From Fistulifera solaris (lineage: Eukaryota): a stretch of DNA of 64,000 nt. The notes under the pieces are model-generated. The model was given only the letters and a program-made list of their open reading frames with translations. It searched no databases and was not told where the DNA came from. Positions 62,181 to 64,000 of this stretch are shown here, in pieces. Positions within the stretch are counted from its first letter, which is position 1. Every line of letters starts with the position of its first letter. The stretch is from positions 1,674,001-1,738,000 of the forward strand of contig AP026123.1 in the NCBI GenBank assembly GCA_030295235.1, read 5' to 3'. A program made the translations under genes and the position numbers.

Positions 62181-63369
62181 ATGCCAAAAGCCGAAAAAGG
62201 ATCCCTCAAAGACATTGGCAAACGCATCAAAGCCAAAGGCCTCCAGAAATTGCGATTCTGGTGCGAAATGTGTGCGAAACAATGTCGTGACGCCAACGGC
62301 TTCAAATGTCACCTTACGTCCGAATCGCATTTGCGACAAATGAAATTGTTCAGTGAAAACGCTAATTCGATTGTGCGTCAGAAGAGTAACGAATTTGAAA
62401 AGTTGTTTCTCGATACTCTCCGTTTGCGACATTCCACCGTCATGGTGAATGCCAACAATGTCTATCAAGAAATCATTCGCGACAAGCAACACGTGCACAT
62501 GAATGCGACGCATTGGGCGACCTTGTCGGATTTTGTACAGTATTTGGGAAAAATGGGCAAAGCCAAAGTCGAAGAAACGGAACGGGGATGGTACATTCAA
62601 TACCGTCCCGTACAAACGATTCAACAACAAGAAGAAGCTGTCCGAAGGCAACAACAGGCGGTGGCGGATGAACAAGCGGAAGAAGCGTATCAAGAGAAAA
62701 TGATGCAATTGCGGCAGGAGCAACTGGCGCAACTGATGGGGACATCGAAAGTTGCGGAACCGACGGAATTGGAAAAGAACGCAGAGAACAAATTAAGGTT
62801 CAGTTGTCGTCAAAGGATTACAACCCAACAATAACAGCAACAAACGAAAAGTTTCTGTTTTTGGTGATGCCGACGACGATGATGACAGTGCGAATCAAGC
62901 GGAAAGTAGACATGCCGGCCCACCGCCGATTCCAGAGACGAAAGAGGTAACGAAAAAGCAACGCGTGACAAATGAAAAAGATTCGAACAGCAAGCATGAA
63001 AAAACTAATAAAAAGAACGCAGATGAAGAAGAAGAAGAACCCTGGCTGATCAAAGGGATTTTGGTTCGCATCATTAAGAAGAAATCCGAATACTTCAAAC
63101 AAAAAGCCGTCGTTGATCAACTCACGGATCCCTTTACCGCACAAGTGTCCTTATTACAGGACGAATCCATTCGCCTATCTTTCGATCAACGGCATTTGGA
63201 AACGGTAGTTCCGAAAGAAGACAATGCGAAAGTATATATTGTACGAGGACCGGATCGTGGGTTGAAAGCCAAAGTCGTGCACGTCGACAAGAAGAAACAA
63301 CGAGCTCTACTACGGATACACGACCGTCAAGTCGAATTGGATTTGGATGATTTTTCCGCGCGATATTGA
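62181..63369 (+). CDS. KIN17: DNA/RNA-binding protein KIN17
   Basis: KAKGLQKLRFWCEMCAKQCRDANGFKCH, HVHMNAT and LETVVP; indel near 62800. Confidence 0.96.
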
Positions 63370-63458
63370 TTCGACTACTAGTATCTTACTCTATTGAGAG
63401 CTGTAAGTAAGTATTGTTTTTAATTTAATACTAATACATAGCCCGTGGCTCATCTCGT

Positions 63459-64000
63459 TCATGCCAGCGAATCCAATACAGCCATGTCGGAATCCGACAA
63501 GACAAAATCAAACAAATCCAAGTCTTGCGCAAAATGCTCGGGATTTTGACTCTGAGTCGTAAATGTCACACCCTTTTGTAGGATCCACCGCAAGGCCACT
63601 TGAGCCCACGTTTTGTTATATTGTTTGCCAATCACGGCACACTGTCGACGAATGGCGGCATTGAATCGTCCACCGAGGGACTTGCCCAAGGGCGCCCACG
63701 CTTGAACTAAAATGTCGCGCGCTCGGTGGTCCGCCAAAACTTGTTCCATGTTCGGATGATACGCCACCGAAAATGGCAATTGATTGACGACGGGTTTCAC
63801 TTGTGCCTTGGCCAAGACGGCATCGAGTTGCTTCGTCGAAAAGTTGGACACACTGAGTGATTTGACCTTTTGTTGTTGATGCATTTCCTCGAACGCTTTC
63901 CATTGTCCTTGTATGGAAGCCACATCCGGTCCGGGATAATCCAACATGATTTGATCCAAATAATCAATATTCCCGTACGCAAATTCGGCCAAATTGCGTT
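63459..64000 (-). CDS. Aldo-keto reductase, 5' truncated by the window edge
   Basis: VSNF, PVVNQ, AWAPLG and AQVALRW. Confidence 0.9.
   Translation of the reverse strand, partial: RNLAEFAYGNIDYLDQIMLDYPGPDVASIQGQWKAFEEMHQQQKVKSLSVSNFSTKQLDAVLAKAQVKPVVNQLPFSVAYHPNMEQVLADHRARDILVQAWAPLGKSLGGRFNAAIRRQCAVIGKQYNKTWAQVALRWILQKGVTFTTQSQNPEHFAQDLDLFDFVLSDSDMAVLDSLA

Noticed and set aside
1..64000. Widespread frameshifts as programmed frameshifting, RNA editing or mass pseudogenisation
   Set aside because: Breaks I examined (2103, 2322, 23290, 39272) are single-base gains or losses in homopolymers within conserved genes, in both directions, which is typical of sequencing error

Overview
Gene-dense eukaryotic nuclear DNA, most likely a diatom (inferred from bipartite plastid-targeting peptides, short GT-AG introns, RxL-type motifs and an HSF gene). 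About 30 protein genes are supported, including PWP2, COPG, UFD2, ACADSB, an inositol transporter, a receptor-like TKL kinase, SPCS3, RecN, RPC5, FHIT, NRT2, KIN17 and two PPR genes. Many genes are split by single-base indels, mostly in homopolymer runs, which looks like assembly error rather than biology. The best unannotated signal is a U14-type box C/D snoRNA inside the PWP2 intron. Other signals: a ~317 bp foldback palindrome, three tandem arrays in divergent promoter regions, a tandem pair of calflagin-like EF-hand genes, an ankyrin-J-LOTUS fusion, and a mucin-like membrane protein with an Asp/Glu/Tyr-rich tail. No tRNA, rRNA, CRISPR or transposase was seen. All family calls are from motif recognition by eye, not database searches.
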